From NCBI GenBank assembly GCA_013375475.1, contig JABXKD010000028.1, positions 17,174 through 41,173 on the forward strand: 24,000 nucleotides of DNA, in the 5' to 3' direction. Positions 22,998 through 24,000 of this stretch are shown in pieces. The translations under genes were made by a program, and so were the position numbers. Source of the DNA: Promethearchaeota archaeon. Its GTDB lineage: Archaea > Asgardarchaeota > Lokiarchaeia > Sigyniarchaeales > SOKP01. The notes under the pieces were generated by a model that had not been told where the DNA came from, made no database searches, and saw only the letters and a list, made by a program, of their open reading frames with translations. The stretch's first letter is position 1. Every line of letters starts with the position of its first letter.

Positions 22998-24000
22998 TTA
23001 AGGTTTTTTTTCTCTTAAGGCGCGTACCATAGGCACATCTTTTCCTGATAATATTTCTAGCATAGCACCTCCTCCAGTGGAAATGAAGGATACATCTTGA
23101 GCATATCCCGACATCTCTGCTGCAGTTCCCATTTCTCCACCGCCAATGACTGAAAGGGCACCTCTATTTTTAGTAGCTGCAGCCATCGCTTCAGCCATAT
23201 CAAAAGTTCCCTTGCGGAAGACCTCCTTTTCAAAGATTCCAGGAGGGCCGTTAGCAATAATTGTTTTTGCGTTCATAATGATTTCTTTGAATTCCTCAGT
23301 TGTTTTAGGACCGATATCTCCAGTTACAGCGTTGTATTCCTTTAACTCGTCTATACTGATTGCTTTTCGATTGCCATTATCGTCAATTACTAAATCTTTA
23401 GGTAAAATGATCTTGTCTTTAAATTTTTCGTATGTTTCCTTAATGTCATCTTTAGCTTTATCTAAATCTTTTGCTATTGCTCCGCGATTTGGTTCTCCGG
23501 TATCAACTCCTATAGCTTCAAAGATTAATACAGCTGTTAAACCTGAGCAGAGTGCATAATCTAATTTATCGTTTTCAAAATTGAATTTCATGGCTTTAAA
23601 TTTATCTAGAGCTTTAGCTCCTCCAATAAGCATGACCATTGGCTTTTCAGGGGCTTCTAAGATTTTACTCATGTATTCAAATTCTTTAACAGTTGTGGGT
23701 CCTGCGACTAAAGTTGGCCAACCGATTATCGAAGGTTGTGCTCTATGAGCTGCTCCAAATGCATCTGCGATGAAATAGTCAAATAATGGCGATAAAGTTT
23801 TAATCATCTCCAAGTTTGCTGCTTCAGAGAAGTCTTTAAATTGCTTGTTTTCAAGTTCCCAAGTTCGTACATTATTGAGAACTAATACTTCTCCTACCTT
23901 CAGATCCTTAATTGCATTAATAGCTTTTTCTCCGAATACATCTTCAACGTATTTAACAGGGCGATCTAACAGTTTTCTTATTTCTTCAGCGTGTAATTCT
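22998..24000 (-). CDS. pgk: phosphoglycerate kinase (archaeal type); C-terminal ~334 codons, 5' end runs off the right edge
   Basis: DAFGAAHRAQPSIIG, MLIGGAKALDKF, IGPKTTEEF, ANGPPGIFEKEVFRKGT, SVIGGGEMGTAAE and STGGGAMLEILSGK are PGK signatures. The frame stays open upstream of the track start (23813) to 24000 (...VLVLNNVRTWELENKQFKDFSEAANLEMIK...), so the track start is internal. Confidence 0.95.
   Translation of the reverse strand, partial: ELHAEEIRKLLDRPVKYVEDVFGEKAINAIKDLKVGEVLVLNNVRTWELENKQFKDFSEAANLEMIKTLSPLFDYFIADAFGAAHRAQPSIIGWPTLVAGPTTVKEFEYMSKILEAPEKPMVMLIGGAKALDKFKAMKFNFENDKLDYALCSGLTAVLIFEAIGVDTGEPNRGAIAKDLDKAKDDIKETYEKFKDKIILPKDLVIDDNGNRKAISIDELKEYNAVTGDIGPKTTEEFKEIIMNAKTIIANGPPGIFEKEVFRKGTFDMAEAMAAATKNRGALSVIGGGEMGTAAEMSGYAQDVSFISTGGGAMLEILSGKDVPMVRALREKKP

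Noticed and set aside
1243-23559. Plus/minus-strand ORFs from the track that lie antisense to or nested within longer genes: 1243-1623, 1865-2053, 2393-2596, 2851-3081, 3301-3594, 3667-3999, 9772-10068, 10353-10541, 10499-10696, 11222-11428, 11594-11869, 12146-12463, 12926-13111, 13575-13901, 14031-14222, 17428-17667, 20239-20433, 22467-22787, 23057-23257, 23146-23559.
   Set aside because: Each overlaps a longer ORF on the other strand or frame that has recognisable family motifs. Their translations are low-complexity (S/L/F/I-rich) with no motifs, as expected for shadow ORFs.
1-24000. Search for CRISPR arrays, transposases/integrases, IS inverted repeats, prophage or defence-island signatures, including integrase genes next to the two tRNAs.
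   Set aside because: There are no regularly spaced direct repeats and no recognisable transposase, integrase, restriction or Cas-like ORFs. Neither tRNA gene is followed by a duplicated 3' tRNA fragment that would mark an integration site. The only repeat structure is the methyltransferase tandem duplication.

Overview
Densely coding, very AT-rich archaeal chromosome segment. I did not compute GC; by eye only the two tRNA genes are GC-rich. I support about 26 protein genes, 2 tRNAs and one tandem segmental duplication. I see no CRISPR array, transposase or integrase. The centrepiece is a compact eukaryote-like ESCRT module at 9782-13489: an EAP30-type Vps22/36-like ESCRT-II subunit, a Vps25 homologue, Vps4 (MIT + AAA ATPase) and a Snf7-family ESCRT-III protein. 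Together with a NIP7-like PUA protein, a Nop2/NSUN-type RNA m5C methyltransferase and a HEAT+LRR protein, this points to an Asgard (Loki-type) archaeon. That assignment is inference from gene content and base composition. Asgard ESCRT systems are already described, so I do not call the module itself undescribed. The less ordinary points are: (1) a charged coiled-coil extension of about 125 aa on Vps25; (2) a tRNA-Gly(GCC) with two 30-nt introns, one canonical at 37/38 and one in the D-loop; (3) a tandem methyltransferase duplication that also copied the last 12 codons of the convergent neighbour; (4) an orphan fused OppB-OppC-like permease in which I cannot find either EAA coupling motif; (5) a SIS/GlmS-isomerase-like gene whose TGA stop is followed by 7 in-frame codons that recreate the GlmS C-tail lysine register. 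The rest is housekeeping: partial alpha-glucan phosphorylase, partial phosphoglycerate kinase, NDP-sugar pyrophosphorylase, PfkB kinase, MFS transporter, CYTH protein, beta-lactamase-fold hydrolase and SAM methyltransferases. All homology calls come from motif recognition by eye; no database search was run.
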